Counted from the first letter of the stretch, positions 1 through 9,247 are shown. The stretch: 37,334 nucleotides of DNA from an uncultured Acidimicrobiales bacterium (GCA_937930655.1 CALHBU010000248.1:1-37334); one strand, 5' to 3'. A program made the numbers and translations. Notes: generated from the sequence alone by a model not told the origin.

Positions 1-1
1 C

Positions 2-472
2 GGTGCCCCCGGCATCGCTTTCTGCCCGCTGGTTCAGTAGGTAGAAGCCGATGGCGGCGATGGCCAATGGTGCGACGATCTGCCCATCGAGGCCGAAGGT
101 TATGGATCCGAAGGTGAACGAGACGGCAGCGAAGGTCAGAAGGCCGCCGACGACGAGGGAGGCTGGGCTGTCGTTCAAGGCGACGGGTCGAGGATCGCGG
201 TCGGTCTGGTCAGGCAGGAGAACCCACGCCGCCAGATAGAGGAGAATGCCACCACCACTGGCCACGATGGCCAAGAGGACGAAGGCGATTCGAACGAAGA
301 TGGGGTCGATCTTCAGGTAGTCGGCCACCCCGCCGGCCACGCCGCCCAGTGAACCGTCGACTCGTCGACGCAGCCGCCGAATCAAGGGCACTCCGGTTGG
401 GGGAGGGTCAGTGTCAGGTGAGGGACCGAACGATTGATTCGGCGGTTCCTCGGTAAGGGGGTCTTCGGTCAT
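2..472 (-). CDS. PspC domain-containing membrane protein (3' end runs off the window)
   Basis: Not in the ORF track; translated by hand from ATG at 472: MTEDPLTEEPP...RRLRRRVDGSLGGVAGGVADYLKIDPIFVRIAFVLLAIVASGGGILLYLAAWVLLP..., a typical PspC signature followed by further hydrophobic helices. Divergent from the PspC-domain kinase. Confidence 0.9.
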   Translation of the reverse strand, partial: MTEDPLTEEPPNQSFGPSPDTDPPPTGVPLIRRLRRRVDGSLGGVAGGVADYLKIDPIFVRIAFVLLAIVASGGGILLYLAAWVLLPDQTDRDPRPVALNDSPASLVVGGLLTFAAVSFTFGSITFGLDGQIVAPLAIAAIGFYLLNQRAESDAGGT

Positions 473-478
473 GAGACA

Positions 479-523
479 AGTGTCGATCTAACCAGCCAAA
501 CCTTCGATGGGGGGTTCCACCGA
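479..523 (-). promoter_or_regulatory. Putative leaderless promoter of the pspC-like gene with a degenerate regulator box
   Basis: Minus strand reads TCGGTGGAACCCCCCA (523-508), 23 nt, GACACT (484-479), 6 nt, ATG (472). The box-to-hexamer spacing matches the promoters at 539-595 and 2508-2575. Confidence 0.5.
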
Positions 524-538
524 TCTTTGGCCCGAGAG

Positions 539-595
539 CTCAGGGTACGCTCAGGGTTGTACCTGATGCTCGAACCAGCGGTCTCGTGCGATCAT
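539..595 (+). promoter_or_regulatory. Putative response-regulator operator and -10 element upstream of the kinase
   Basis: CTCAGGGT direct repeats at 539 and 550 (11-bp period), palindrome TCAGG-N6-CCTGA (551-566), 23 nt, GATCAT (590-595), then ATG at 605. Confidence 0.65.
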
Positions 596-604
596 GGGTA
601 GCTC

Positions 605-1858
605 ATGGTCAGTGCCCCCACCCAGTCCGCAGGCAGCGGGTCGTCGCATTGGCAGATGCCTGTGCCGGACAGCATCGACCGCATTCTTGGTGGGGTCTCG
701 GGTGGAATCGCCCGAGAAGTCGGTCTGGAGACAATTTGGATCCGGTTGTCGTTTGTGGTCCTGTTCGCCATCGGTGGCTGGGGAGGGCTCCTCTACCTGG
801 TGGCCTGGGGCTTCATGGCCCAGATGGAGTACCTCGGTCGGGGGCCGGCGACAGAACCGGTCCCCAAAGGACGCTCGGGACGGCGGAGGGGGATCGGGGC
901 CGGGTTGGTGGTTCTTGCTCTCATCGTCTTCTTCGGCGGCTTGCCAGGAGTGGGGTCAGATCTGATGTGGCCGCTCGGCGTGCTCTTTGCCGGGATACTC
1001 CTGGTTTCTCGACAGGTTGGAACGGCTCGGCTGGCAACCACGGGCGGACGATTTGGCACGCTGCAACTGATCGGTGGGGTCGTGGTGGCTCTGGGCGGCA
1101 TCACGTTGCTTCTGTTCTCGACGTTCGACTCGGGGAACTCCGTCGGAATGGCGGGCATCAGCATCATCGCTGGTGTGATGGTGGCGATCGGCCTGGTCGC
1201 TCTCTCTGCACCGTGGTGGTGGCGGATGGTTCGGGACCTGGACAAGGAACGTCAGGCCCGGATCCGCTCCGACGAGCGGGCCGAGGTCGCCGCCCACCTC
1301 CATGACTCGGTTCTGCAGACCCTCACGTTGATTCAGAAGCAGGGTAACGACCCTCAAACCATGCGGAATCTGGCCCGTCGCCAGGAGCGGGAGTTGCGGA
1401 ACTGGCTCGATCCTGACCGGGCTGACCGATCGGGGCAGAGTGTGCGAGGCCAGTTGGACGAGATGGCCACCGAGGTCGAGGACCTTCACGGTGTGCCAGT
1501 GGAGGTCGTGGTGGTCGGTGACTGCCTGGTGAACGAACCGGTGGCGGCTGCCCTGGCCGCAGCTCGAGAAGCAGCGGTGAATGCAGCCAAGCATTCGGGC
1601 GCGGCGCGAGTGGATGTCTACGCCGAGGTTGCGGAATCGGGCCTCGAGCTGTTCGTGCGAGACACTGGCATCGGTTTCAACGTCGAGGCCATTGCGGCCG
1701 ATCGCAGAGGAGTCCGGGAATCGCTGCAGGGCAGAATGGCTCGAGCTGGTGGATCTGTCACCATCTACAGCGAGCCGGGGGCCGGTACCGAGATCGAAAT
1801 CTCGGTACCCCGTCCCGAAGCAAGCAACCCGACAAACGAAGGACCTAGCGACCAATGA
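605..1858 (+). CDS. PspC-domain membrane sensor histidine kinase (HisKA_3-type)
   Basis: N-terminal PspC motif (DRILGGVSGGIA...IRLSFVVL...LYLVAW), several TM helices, H-box ERAEVAAHLHDSVLQ, N-box EAAVNAAKHS, G1 DTGIGF and C-terminal GAGTEI. Confidence 0.93.
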   Translation: MVSAPTQSAGSGSSHWQMPVPDSIDRILGGVSGGIAREVGLETIWIRLSFVVLFAIGGWGGLLYLVAWGFMAQMEYLGRGPATEPVPKGRSGRRRGIGAGLVVLALIVFFGGLPGVGSDLMWPLGVLFAGILLVSRQVGTARLATTGGRFGTLQLIGGVVVALGGITLLLFSTFDSGNSVGMAGISIIAGVMVAIGLVALSAPWWWRMVRDLDKERQARIRSDERAEVAAHLHDSVLQTLTLIQKQGNDPQTMRNLARRQERELRNWLDPDRADRSGQSVRGQLDEMATEVEDLHGVPVEVVVVGDCLVNEPVAAALAAAREAAVNAAKHSGAARVDVYAEVAESGLELFVRDTGIGFNVEAIAADRRGVRESLQGRMARAGGSVTIYSEPGAGTEIEISVPRPEASNPTNEGPSDQ

Positions 1859-2496
1859 CCTACCAACCAACGGTGGTCCTGGTGGACGACCACGACCTTG
1901 TGAGGGCCGGTGTTCGAGCCGAACTGGGCAACCGGGTGCATGTGGTGGCCGAAGCCGGCGATGTTCACGAGGCAGTCGATGCCATCATCGATCGTCACCC
2001 CGATGTTGTTCTGCTGGACGTGCACTTGCCGTCGGGCACCGGCGCCGATGTCATCGCCGGGGTCCTGGCTCGTGGCGGGGAAACCAAGTTCTTGGCTCTC
2101 TCGGTCTCGGATGCCCCAGACGATGTCATCTCGGTGATTCGGGCCGGAGCCCGGGGCTATGTGACCAAGGCCATCAAGGGAGAAGAGTTGGTCGATGCGG
2201 TCATTCGCGTTGCTGAAGGCGACGCCGTCTTTTCCCCTCGTCTCGCTGGCTTTGTGATCGATGCCTTCTCGGCCGCCATCCCTGAGCCGGTCGACCCTGA
2301 GCTCGATCTGCTGTCTCCCCGTGAACAGGAGGTCATGCGGCTTCTGGCCCGGGGCTACGCGTACAAGGAGATAGCCCGTCGCCTGACGATCTCTATCAAG
2401 ACGGTCGAGACCCACTCGTCTAGCGTGTTGCGAAAGCTCCAGCTCTCCAGCCGACACGAGCTCAGCAATTGGGCCGCACGTCGTCGCATCGTCTGA
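1855..2496 (+). CDS. NarL/LuxR-family DNA-binding response regulator
   Basis: Receiver motifs LVDDH, LLDVHLP and GYVTK; LuxR HTH LSPREQEVMRLLARGYAYKEIARRLTISIKTVETH; ATGA overlap with the kinase stop. Confidence 0.96.
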   Translation: MTYQPTVVLVDDHDLVRAGVRAELGNRVHVVAEAGDVHEAVDAIIDRHPDVVLLDVHLPSGTGADVIAGVLARGGETKFLALSVSDAPDDVISVIRAGARGYVTKAIKGEELVDAVIRVAEGDAVFSPRLAGFVIDAFSAAIPEPVDPELDLLSPREQEVMRLLARGYAYKEIARRLTISIKTVETHSSSVLRKLQLSSRHELSNWAARRRIV

Positions 2497-2575
2497 CCCC
2501 TAGTCTCCTCAGGGTGAGCTCAGGGTTGGTTAGGGGTCACACCTGATTCCGGGCCGCCGCTTGGTCATTGACACT
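2494..2575 (+). promoter_or_regulatory. Putative response-regulator operator array and leaderless promoter of the ABC exporter
   Basis: CTCAGGGT (2508), CTCAGGGT (2519) and TTAGGGGT (2530) at an 11-bp period, ACCTGA (2541-2546), 23 nt, GACACT (2570-2575), 6 nt, ATG (2582). Also a 9-bp inverted repeat TGACCCCTA (2494-2502) / TAGGGGTCA (2531-2539). Confidence 0.68.
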
Positions 2576-2581
2576 GGCGGC

Positions 2582-3397
2582 ATGGACCGAAACACGCAAA
2601 CAACTCCGTCTCCCGTCGCCGACCACCGCCTTCCCCTGATCTCAGCCCGGGGTGTCACCAAGACCTATCGAAGCGGTGACGTCGAAGTGCGGGCCCTCGC
2701 CGGTATCGATCTCGATATCGATGCCGGGGAGTTCCTCGTCATCATGGGTCCTTCTGGCAACGGCAAGTCGACCCTGCTCAACTGCCTTTCCGGTATTGAT
2801 GAGATCGATGCCGGCTCGGTTGTGATCGATGGCGAGGACATCCACCAGCTGTCGGACCGGGCTCGAACGGCCCATCGGGCTGCTCGGATGGGCTTCGTGT
2901 TTCAGAGCTTCAATCTCATTCCCGTCCTTAGCGCTGCCGAGAACGTCGAACTGCCCCTTCTCGCGGCTGGCGCCAAGCCAAAGACGGCCAGGGCTCGAGC
3001 TGAGGACTTGCTGGAACGAGTGGGCCTTGGAAGTCGGGCCGGTCACCGGCCAAATGAGCTCTCCGGTGGTGAGCAGCAGCGGGTTGCCGTCGCTCGTTCA
3101 CTGGTTTCGGAACCAGCGGTCGTATGGGCCGATGAGCCGACCGGCAATCTTGACAGCGAGACCGCAGCCCAGATCCTCCAGCTCTTCCGGGAGGTCAATC
3201 GCAGTGGCCAGACGATGGTGATCGTCACCCATGACCACACGATCGGCGCCAACGCTGACCGGTTGGTGGAGGTCAGGGACGGTCGTGTCGCCAGCCAGGT
3301 TCGACAGACCGAGCCAGTGATGGATGTTTTAACAACGGCCTCGTCTCAGCTGGGCTCAGCCGAACTGGTCGAGTGCGCCGAAGGAACGATCCAATGA
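2582..3397 (+). CDS. ABC transporter ATP-binding protein (LolD/MacB-type)
   Basis: Walker A GPSGNGKST, GFVFQSFNL, signature LSGGEQQRVAVAR, Walker B WADEPTGNLD and H-loop IVTHD. Start placed at ATG 2582 from the promoter geometry (the track starts at TTG 2561). Confidence 0.95.
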   Translation: MDRNTQTTPSPVADHRLPLISARGVTKTYRSGDVEVRALAGIDLDIDAGEFLVIMGPSGNGKSTLLNCLSGIDEIDAGSVVIDGEDIHQLSDRARTAHRAARMGFVFQSFNLIPVLSAAENVELPLLAAGAKPKTARARAEDLLERVGLGSRAGHRPNELSGGEQQRVAVARSLVSEPAVVWADEPTGNLDSETAAQILQLFREVNRSGQTMVIVTHDHTIGANADRLVEVRDGRVASQVRQTEPVMDVLTTASSQLGSAELVECAEGTIQ

Positions 3398-6225
3398 CCT
3401 TCCTCGCCCTCATAGTTCTGGCCGTGCTTGTGCCACTAGCTCTGTTCGATCTCCTCTTCGCCCCAACGGTCCGCCGGTTGGGTTTACGCAATGTTGTCCG
3501 TCGACGAGGAGAAGCCGCTCTGGTTATCGGTGGCTCCATGCTCGCCACTGCCCTCATCGTCGCCTCCATGGTGGTGGGGGACAGCTTCGGCTCGTCAATT
3601 CGCAACCTGGCCCAGGACGGTTGGGGACCCATCGACGAGCTCGTCATCGTCGAGGACTCCGACCTCTTCGATGCCACGTACGCCACCGTGCGAGACGAGG
3701 TGAGCCCCATAGATGGTGTTCAGCAAGTTCGCCGGGCCGACGTAGCTATCGGTGGGCTCGGCCAGGGAGCAGCGGCCGAACCGAACATCAACCTGTTTGC
3801 TGCCGACCTATCCGATCTCAGCTCCTTCGGTGGCGATGCGTCGGCCACCGGCTTCGGATCGTTGAGCGAGGACCTTGCTGCTGATGAGATTGTTCTGAAC
3901 AGTCGCCTCGCTGAGTCTCTGAACGTGAGGGAGGGTTCGCTCCTGGACGTCTACGCCGAAGGAACGAGCCACCGCTTCACGGTGGCTGCTGTTGTCGAGC
4001 CTGCCGGTATGGCCGGGCTCATGGAAGCAGTGGTCGGTTCTGGGGTGCTCGATGTCGTCCTGCCATCGACTGGCGACAGCACCATCCAGTCATTCGTCAT
4101 CGTGTCGAACGCCGGCGATGTCTATGGAGGGGCGGAAAGAACCGATTCGGTTGTTGAGTCGATGGAAGTCGCCCTCGGGCTTGAAGGCCCACGACAAAGC
4201 GACGTCGGAGACGAGCCAATCCAGATTGAGGCCGTCAAGCAGGGCCTGCTTGAGGACGCTGAGTTCGAAGCAGCGGACACCAAGAGCTTGTTCGGGACCA
4301 TCGGCGGCTTCAGCGTGGCCGCCGGCATCTTGCTGGTGATCAACCTGTTCGTCATGCTGGCCGCCGAACGCAAGACCGAACTCGGCGTGTTACGGGCGGT
4401 TGGTATGAAGCGGGGTCACATTCTCCGCTCCTTCGCTCTTGAGGGTTTCGTGTACGGGGTCTTGGCCGCATCTGTCGGTGCTGTGTTGGGCATCGGGGTC
4501 GGCGCACTTGTGATGCGATGGTCGGCCAACACCCTCGACAACGGTGATGGCTTTGCTCTTTCCCTCTCTGTGGTGCCGGGAAGTGTTCTGGCCGGTGCTG
4601 CCATCGGCCTGGCCATAAGCCAATTGACCGTGGTGCTCACCAGCGTTCGTATCACCAAACTCAACATCGTTGCCGCCCTGAAGGATCTGCCTGATGTGAT
4701 CGGTGCCGAGCAGCGGCGTCGCACGCTGTGGTTCGGCCTTGCCGCCATGGCATTGGGAGCCGGGCTGTTTGCCGCCTTCAACTCAACGCCGTTCGTCGCC
4801 ATGATCGCTCCGGTGATTCTGATCGTCGGTGCTATCCCGGTTCTCGGCCGGTTCCTGCCGGCTCGGCCGGTGACCATCGTGCTCAGCGCTGTGGCTATCG
4901 GCTGGCCGGCCATGGTCCTCGGCCTGATGCCAGACACAATGAACGATCCCGACATCAGCATCTTTCTCCTTCAGGGCATCCTGATGGTCGGGCTGGCCAC
5001 CGTGCTGGTAGCCGCCCTTCGACCGCTGTGGTTGGCCATCGCCGGTGCTGTCAGCGGTGGCGGCGTCGCCATGCGACTGGGGTTAGCCCATCCTTTGGCC
5101 CGGCCCGCTCGAACCGCGTTGCTCGTCGCCATGTACTCACTGGTGATCTTCACCGTCACCTTCATGGCGGTCATGAACTCGGTGTTCAGCGCCTCGACCC
5201 CAGACATGGCCACCCGAGCAGGCGGCGACTACGACTTCGTAGTCGACAGCAACCCTGGCTCGGGCCTGACAGCCGCTGAACTGCAAGCCAGGAACGACAT
5301 TGACACCGTGGCCACCGTTCTGCGAGGAGGCATTCAGTCGGTCAGAACTACCGACGACGGCGACGAGGAAATCGACGGTGCCGCCGCATCGTTTCTCCCG
5401 GCCGACTTCAACCAGGTCGCTCCGCCCGAGCTCGTCGCTCGCTCGTCCGAGTACGGAAGTGACGAGGAGGCGTGGGAAGCAGTGCTCGCCCCCGACGCAA
5501 ACCTGCCCGCCGTTGTCGTACCTGACTGGTGGGAGGCGGACGCAGGAGCGACGATTCAACTGTTGGATAGCAACGGGAACGAGGTGGATGCGGTGGTTGC
5601 TGGCATCACCGACCTCCAATGGCTGGTCGATGGCGGGGTCTTGCTCTCGGCCGATCTGGCCCCGACGTTCGAGCCCGATGTCCTGTATGTCCGTTTCTAC
5701 GCAGTGGTCGCCGATGGTGTTGATCCTGACCAGGCGGTTCGAGCCTTGGAGTCCGATGAAATCCGACGCGGTGTTGATGCGAGCTCTTTCCTGGCTGAAG
5801 CTCAGGCCGAGGCTGCTGGCCAAGAGGCATTCATAACCATCCTTCAGGGGTACCTGGGCTTCGGGTTGCTCATCGGCATCGCTGGGCTCGGCGTGGTGCT
5901 GGCCCGAGCGATTAGGGAACGTCGGCGCCAGATCGGCATGATGAGGGCCGTTGGCTTCAATGGCTCGACTATGCGATCGGCGTTCGTCTTCGAAGCCCTC
6001 TTCATCGGTGTTCAAGGCGTGGTCCTGGGAATCGGCCTTGGCCTGTTGAGTGCCTGGCAGACCCTGACCCGCTCGACCGCATTCGAGGAAGGGCTGACCT
6101 TTGCTGTGCCGACACTGTGGCTGATCGGCCTGGCCGCGGTGTGCGTCGTTGCGTCATTGGGCGCTTCGCTCGCACCGGCTATCCGGTCGGGGCGAATCGC
6201 TCCGGCGGTCGCGCTGCGCCACTGA
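3394..6225 (+). CDS. FtsX/MacB-like ABC transporter permease (two FtsX repeats)
   Basis: Two motifs, ERKTELGVLRAVG and ERRRQIGMMRAVG, with large extracytoplasmic loops; ATGA coupling to the ATPase at 3394-3397. Confidence 0.92.
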   Translation: MTFLALIVLAVLVPLALFDLLFAPTVRRLGLRNVVRRRGEAALVIGGSMLATALIVASMVVGDSFGSSIRNLAQDGWGPIDELVIVEDSDLFDATYATVRDEVSPIDGVQQVRRADVAIGGLGQGAAAEPNINLFAADLSDLSSFGGDASATGFGSLSEDLAADEIVLNSRLAESLNVREGSLLDVYAEGTSHRFTVAAVVEPAGMAGLMEAVVGSGVLDVVLPSTGDSTIQSFVIVSNAGDVYGGAERTDSVVESMEVALGLEGPRQSDVGDEPIQIEAVKQGLLEDAEFEAADTKSLFGTIGGFSVAAGILLVINLFVMLAAERKTELGVLRAVGMKRGHILRSFALEGFVYGVLAASVGAVLGIGVGALVMRWSANTLDNGDGFALSLSVVPGSVLAGAAIGLAISQLTVVLTSVRITKLNIVAALKDLPDVIGAEQRRRTLWFGLAAMALGAGLFAAFNSTPFVAMIAPVILIVGAIPVLGRFLPARPVTIVLSAVAIGWPAMVLGLMPDTMNDPDISIFLLQGILMVGLATVLVAALRPLWLAIAGAVSGGGVAMRLGLAHPLARPARTALLVAMYSLVIFTVTFMAVMNSVFSASTPDMATRAGGDYDFVVDSNPGSGLTAAELQARNDIDTVATVLRGGIQSVRTTDDGDEEIDGAAASFLPADFNQVAPPELVARSSEYGSDEEAWEAVLAPDANLPAVVVPDWWEADAGATIQLLDSNGNEVDAVVAGITDLQWLVDGGVLLSADLAPTFEPDVLYVRFYAVVADGVDPDQAVRALESDEIRRGVDASSFLAEAQAEAAGQEAFITILQGYLGFGLLIGIAGLGVVLARAIRERRRQIGMMRAVGFNGSTMRSAFVFEALFIGVQGVVLGIGLGLLSAWQTLTRSTAFEEGLTFAVPTLWLIGLAAVCVVASLGASLAPAIRSGRIAPAVALRH

Positions 6226-6271
6226 GGCAGAGCCACTGCGCCACTGGGGAACGTGCGTCGAGGGCTCGAAC

Positions 6272-7099
6272 ATGGCTACGTTCGCAGCCATGTTCGAGCC
6301 TCTGGTCAGTCTCCCCGAGAATTCACCCGCCGTCGAAGGTCGCTGGTTCCTGGTCGATGAGCGTCAGCAAATCCTGTTGCTCGACGGGCAGATTCCGGTC
6401 GGCTCCGAACCGCCGGTCGGCAACGGCACCTCAACGCAGCACCTGTTGGGCGTCGACGATGGCACACCGATCTGGGCCGTTCGCGCTTCGTCAGGGTTCG
6501 ACGACCCTGAAGACGCCGAATGGGTGAACCTCCGGGCCCTCTTTGGTCGGATTCCCGAACCCGAATGGGCGTTGGCCGGTCGGGCGTCGCAGGTTCTGAT
6601 GTGGGACCGAGACCATCAGTTCTGTGGCCGCTGCGGAAGCAAGAACCAGCCGCACCCCAGCGATCGGGCGTTGGTGTGCCCTGACTGCAAGCTCATGTCC
6701 TTCCCCCGAATCTCGCCGGCGGTGATCATGCTGGTCGAACGAGACGACGGCAAGGCGCTTTTGGCCTGGGGAGCACAGTTCCCTGGAAGGTTCTTCAGCG
6801 CCCTTGCCGGCTTTGTTGAGCCGGGAGAGAGCCTCGAAGAATGCGTGGCCAGAGAGGTGAAGGAGGAAGTCGGCATCGAGGTCGACAACATCCGTTACTT
6901 CGGCAGCCAGCCCTGGCCGTTCCCTCATTCCATGATGATCGGCTTCCAGGCCCGCTACGTCAGTGGCGACCTGGTGCTACAGGAAGAGGAGATTGTCGAG
7001 GCCGGATGGTACGGACCCGACGACCTCCCACCCGTGCCCAAAGGTGGGATGTCGATCGCCGGATGGCTGATCGAAGACTGGCTGAAGCGAGTGAGCTGA
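6272..7099 (+). CDS. nudC: NAD(H) diphosphatase / NAD-cap decapping Nudix hydrolase
   Basis: Zn ribbon FCGRCG...CPDC, Nudix box GFVEPGESLEECVAREVKEEVG and NudC signature SQPWPFP. Start set at ATG 6272 to avoid overlap with the permease. Confidence 0.95.
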   Translation: MATFAAMFEPLVSLPENSPAVEGRWFLVDERQQILLLDGQIPVGSEPPVGNGTSTQHLLGVDDGTPIWAVRASSGFDDPEDAEWVNLRALFGRIPEPEWALAGRASQVLMWDRDHQFCGRCGSKNQPHPSDRALVCPDCKLMSFPRISPAVIMLVERDDGKALLAWGAQFPGRFFSALAGFVEPGESLEECVAREVKEEVGIEVDNIRYFGSQPWPFPHSMMIGFQARYVSGDLVLQEEEIVEAGWYGPDDLPPVPKGGMSIAGWLIEDWLKRVS

Positions 7100-7114
7100 G
7101 ACTCTCGAACCGGG

Positions 7115-7315
7115 CTATTCCTTGGACGCGACAGCGTTTGGCGTGACGTTCATCTTTGGCTCGTACTCGGCTGCCTCCACTGCTGACTGGTCCTTACCCT
7201 GGCTGGCCCGCATCTCCGTCCGGCAGGACTCACACGGACCGTAGAAGCGCTCGGTCACCGACTGTTCACAACGGGGGCATGTCAGTTCGATATCCGGGGC
7301 GTCGGGGATGGTCAT
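7115..7315 (-). CDS. Small (66 aa) putative zinc-ribbon protein of unknown function
   Basis: MTIPDAPDIELTCPRCEQSVTERFYGPCESCRTEMR...YEPKMNVTPNAVASKE has two CxxC pairs, fills the gap between nudC and the sugar ATPase, and has TACCTT 7 nt upstream of ATG 7315. Confidence 0.75.
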   Translation of the reverse strand: MTIPDAPDIELTCPRCEQSVTERFYGPCESCRTEMRASQGKDQSAVEAAEYEPKMNVTPNAVASKE

Positions 7316-7358
7316 GTCGGCCAAGGTACTCGTTCCTACCGACTGGTACGGTCTGAGC
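7316..7358. promoter_or_regulatory. Back-to-back leaderless promoters in a 43-bp intergenic region
   Basis: Minus strand TACCTT (7328-7323)-N7-ATG; plus strand TACGGT (7347-7352)-N6-GTG (7359). Both fit TANNNT -10 elements. Confidence 0.55.
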
Positions 7359-8546
7359 GTGGCTTCACTGGTGCTCGAAGATGTCAACAAGATTTATCCC
7401 AATGGCTATCAGGCCATCACCGATCTGAATCTGGAGATTGAAGACGGTGAGTTCCTGGTGCTCGTAGGCCCATCGGGCTGCGGCAAGTCGACTGCTCTAC
7501 GAATGATGGCCGGGCTCGAGGAGATCTCGGGCGGCAAGTTGTCGATCGGCGATCAGGTGGTCAATGACGTACATCCGAAGGACCGCGACATCGCCATGGT
7601 CTTTCAGAACTACGCCCTTTACCCCCACATGACGGTGGCCGAGAACATCGGGTTCGCCCTGAAACTGGCCAAGGTGCCAAAGGCCGAGATCGCCGACCGA
7701 GTGGCAAAGGCGGCCAGCATTCTGGACCTCACCGAGAACCTCAGTCGGAAGCCAGGTCAGCTGTCCGGTGGTCAGCGCCAGCGGGTGGCGATGGGACGGG
7801 CCATCGTCCGTCAACCCAAGGCCTTCCTCATGGACGAGCCGCTCTCCAATCTTGACGCAAAGTTGCGGGTCCAGATGCGGGCTGAGATTGCTGGTCTCCA
7901 GCGGAACCTTGGCGTCACGACCGTGTACGTCACCCACGACCAGGTGGAAGCCATGACCATGGGGGACCGAGTGGCGGTGCTCAAGCGGGGCCTCCTCCAG
8001 CAGGTCGATACGCCCCAGAATCTCTACGATGCTCCCGACAACGTGTTCGTTGCTGGCTTCATCGGGTCGCCATCGATGAACCTGATGGTTGGCAAGCTCG
8101 GCACCGATATGAAAAGTCCCACCGTCACCCTCGGCAGCCAAACACTTGCCGTCGACAAAGGCCTGGTCGACTCCAAGCCAGCCCTGGCGGCCTACGCCGG
8201 TCGCGAGCTGGTGGTCGGTGTCCGGCCCGAGGACCTCTCCGATGCTGCCATGGAACCGGAAGCTCCCGCTGACCGCCGACTTCAGAGCACGCTAAGCCTG
8301 ATGGAGTCGCTTGGTTCGGAGATCATCGCCCATTTTCCGCTCGACGTGGAGCCGTTCGCCATCATGGACGCCGAGTTCGAGGGTGAGGATGCGGTCGAAG
8401 CAGTCAGAGTAGAAGGCAAGGCTGTGTACGTCGCCAGGGTCAGCCCTCGGTCGAACATCGCTATCGATCAAGAGGTCGAGATCGTTGTCGACACCGCAAG
8501 GCTTCATTTCTTCGACACCGCGTCGGGACAGGCCATCCGGGACTGA
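7359..8546 (+). CDS. msiK: Carbohydrate ABC transporter ATP-binding protein (MsiK/MalK/UgpC family)
   Basis: GPSGCGKST, AMVFQNYALYPHMTVAENI, LSGGQRQRVAMGRA, MDEPLSNLDAKLR, FVAGFIGSPSMN and a C-terminal OB/TOBE region. No permease or binding protein is adjacent. Symbol is a family-level call. Confidence 0.9.
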   Translation: MASLVLEDVNKIYPNGYQAITDLNLEIEDGEFLVLVGPSGCGKSTALRMMAGLEEISGGKLSIGDQVVNDVHPKDRDIAMVFQNYALYPHMTVAENIGFALKLAKVPKAEIADRVAKAASILDLTENLSRKPGQLSGGQRQRVAMGRAIVRQPKAFLMDEPLSNLDAKLRVQMRAEIAGLQRNLGVTTVYVTHDQVEAMTMGDRVAVLKRGLLQQVDTPQNLYDAPDNVFVAGFIGSPSMNLMVGKLGTDMKSPTVTLGSQTLAVDKGLVDSKPALAAYAGRELVVGVRPEDLSDAAMEPEAPADRRLQSTLSLMESLGSEIIAHFPLDVEPFAIMDAEFEGEDAVEAVRVEGKAVYVARVSPRSNIAIDQEVEIVVDTARLHFFDTASGQAIRD

Positions 8547-9247
8547 TGCTTCGTCTGCGGCAAGTTGCAGTTGTGGCGGCCGATCTCGCCACCGCTGAGG
8601 CTGACGTTGTGAACACGCTTGGCCTCGCTCGGTGTTACCAGGATCCTGGCGTCGGGGCGTTCGGCCTCCACAACGCGCTCTTTCCCATCGGCGATCAGTT
8701 CCTCGAGATTGTTTCACCAACGGCCGAGGGCACGACGGCTGGCCGATTGCTGGAAAAGCGACACGGTGATGGTGGTTACATGGTGTTGTTCCAGACCGAT
8801 GATCTGGCCGGCTTCCGTAGCCGATTCGACCAGCTCGGCATGCGAGTAATCCACGAAGCCATCGACACAGGAATCGTCGGTCTTCACCTTCATCCCAAGG
8901 ACATCGGCGGTGCAGTTGTCTCTGTAGACGAAACCGAGGACCCGGCCGAGTGGACCTGGGCCGGCCAGAACTGGCGAGCCTTCGACCGGCCAGCCGTGGT
9001 AACCGCTCTCGCCGGAGTGGAGATCCAAACCGACGATCCTGATACCACCGCCGCTCGATGGGCGGCCATGCTCGATCGGCCCGTCGTCGAGAGAGCCATC
9101 AACTGCGACGACGCCACGGTTCGATTTGTAGAATCGGCTGACGGTCGGGGCGATGGCGTTGGGGCTTTCGACGTCGTCAGCGTCGACCCGAAAAGGGCCG
9201 GAACGAGCGAGGTAGTTGTCGGCACCAGGGTGAACTTCGTACTCTGA
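8546..9247 (+). CDS. VOC/glyoxalase-like domain protein
   Basis: LRQVAVVAADL, FGLHNALFPIGDQFLEIVSP, GDGGYMVLFQ and HLHPKDIGG resemble the glyoxalase-like VOC fold; TGATG coupling with the upstream gene. Confidence 0.8.
   Translation: MLRLRQVAVVAADLATAEADVVNTLGLARCYQDPGVGAFGLHNALFPIGDQFLEIVSPTAEGTTAGRLLEKRHGDGGYMVLFQTDDLAGFRSRFDQLGMRVIHEAIDTGIVGLHLHPKDIGGAVVSVDETEDPAEWTWAGQNWRAFDRPAVVTALAGVEIQTDDPDTTAARWAAMLDRPVVERAINCDDATVRFVESADGRGDGVGAFDVVSVDPKRAGTSEVVVGTRVNFVL

Noticed and set aside
2508-2546. TCAGGG/TTAGGG repeats resembling telomeric or G-quadruplex repeats
   Set aside because: There are only three units at an 11-bp period, and they are better explained as regulator binding sites.
6214-6246. 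Direct repeat CTGCGCCACTG x2 (GCCACTG x3) at the permease stop
   Set aside because: It is too short for a CRISPR array or att site, no integrase or cas gene is nearby, and it is probably a local duplication.
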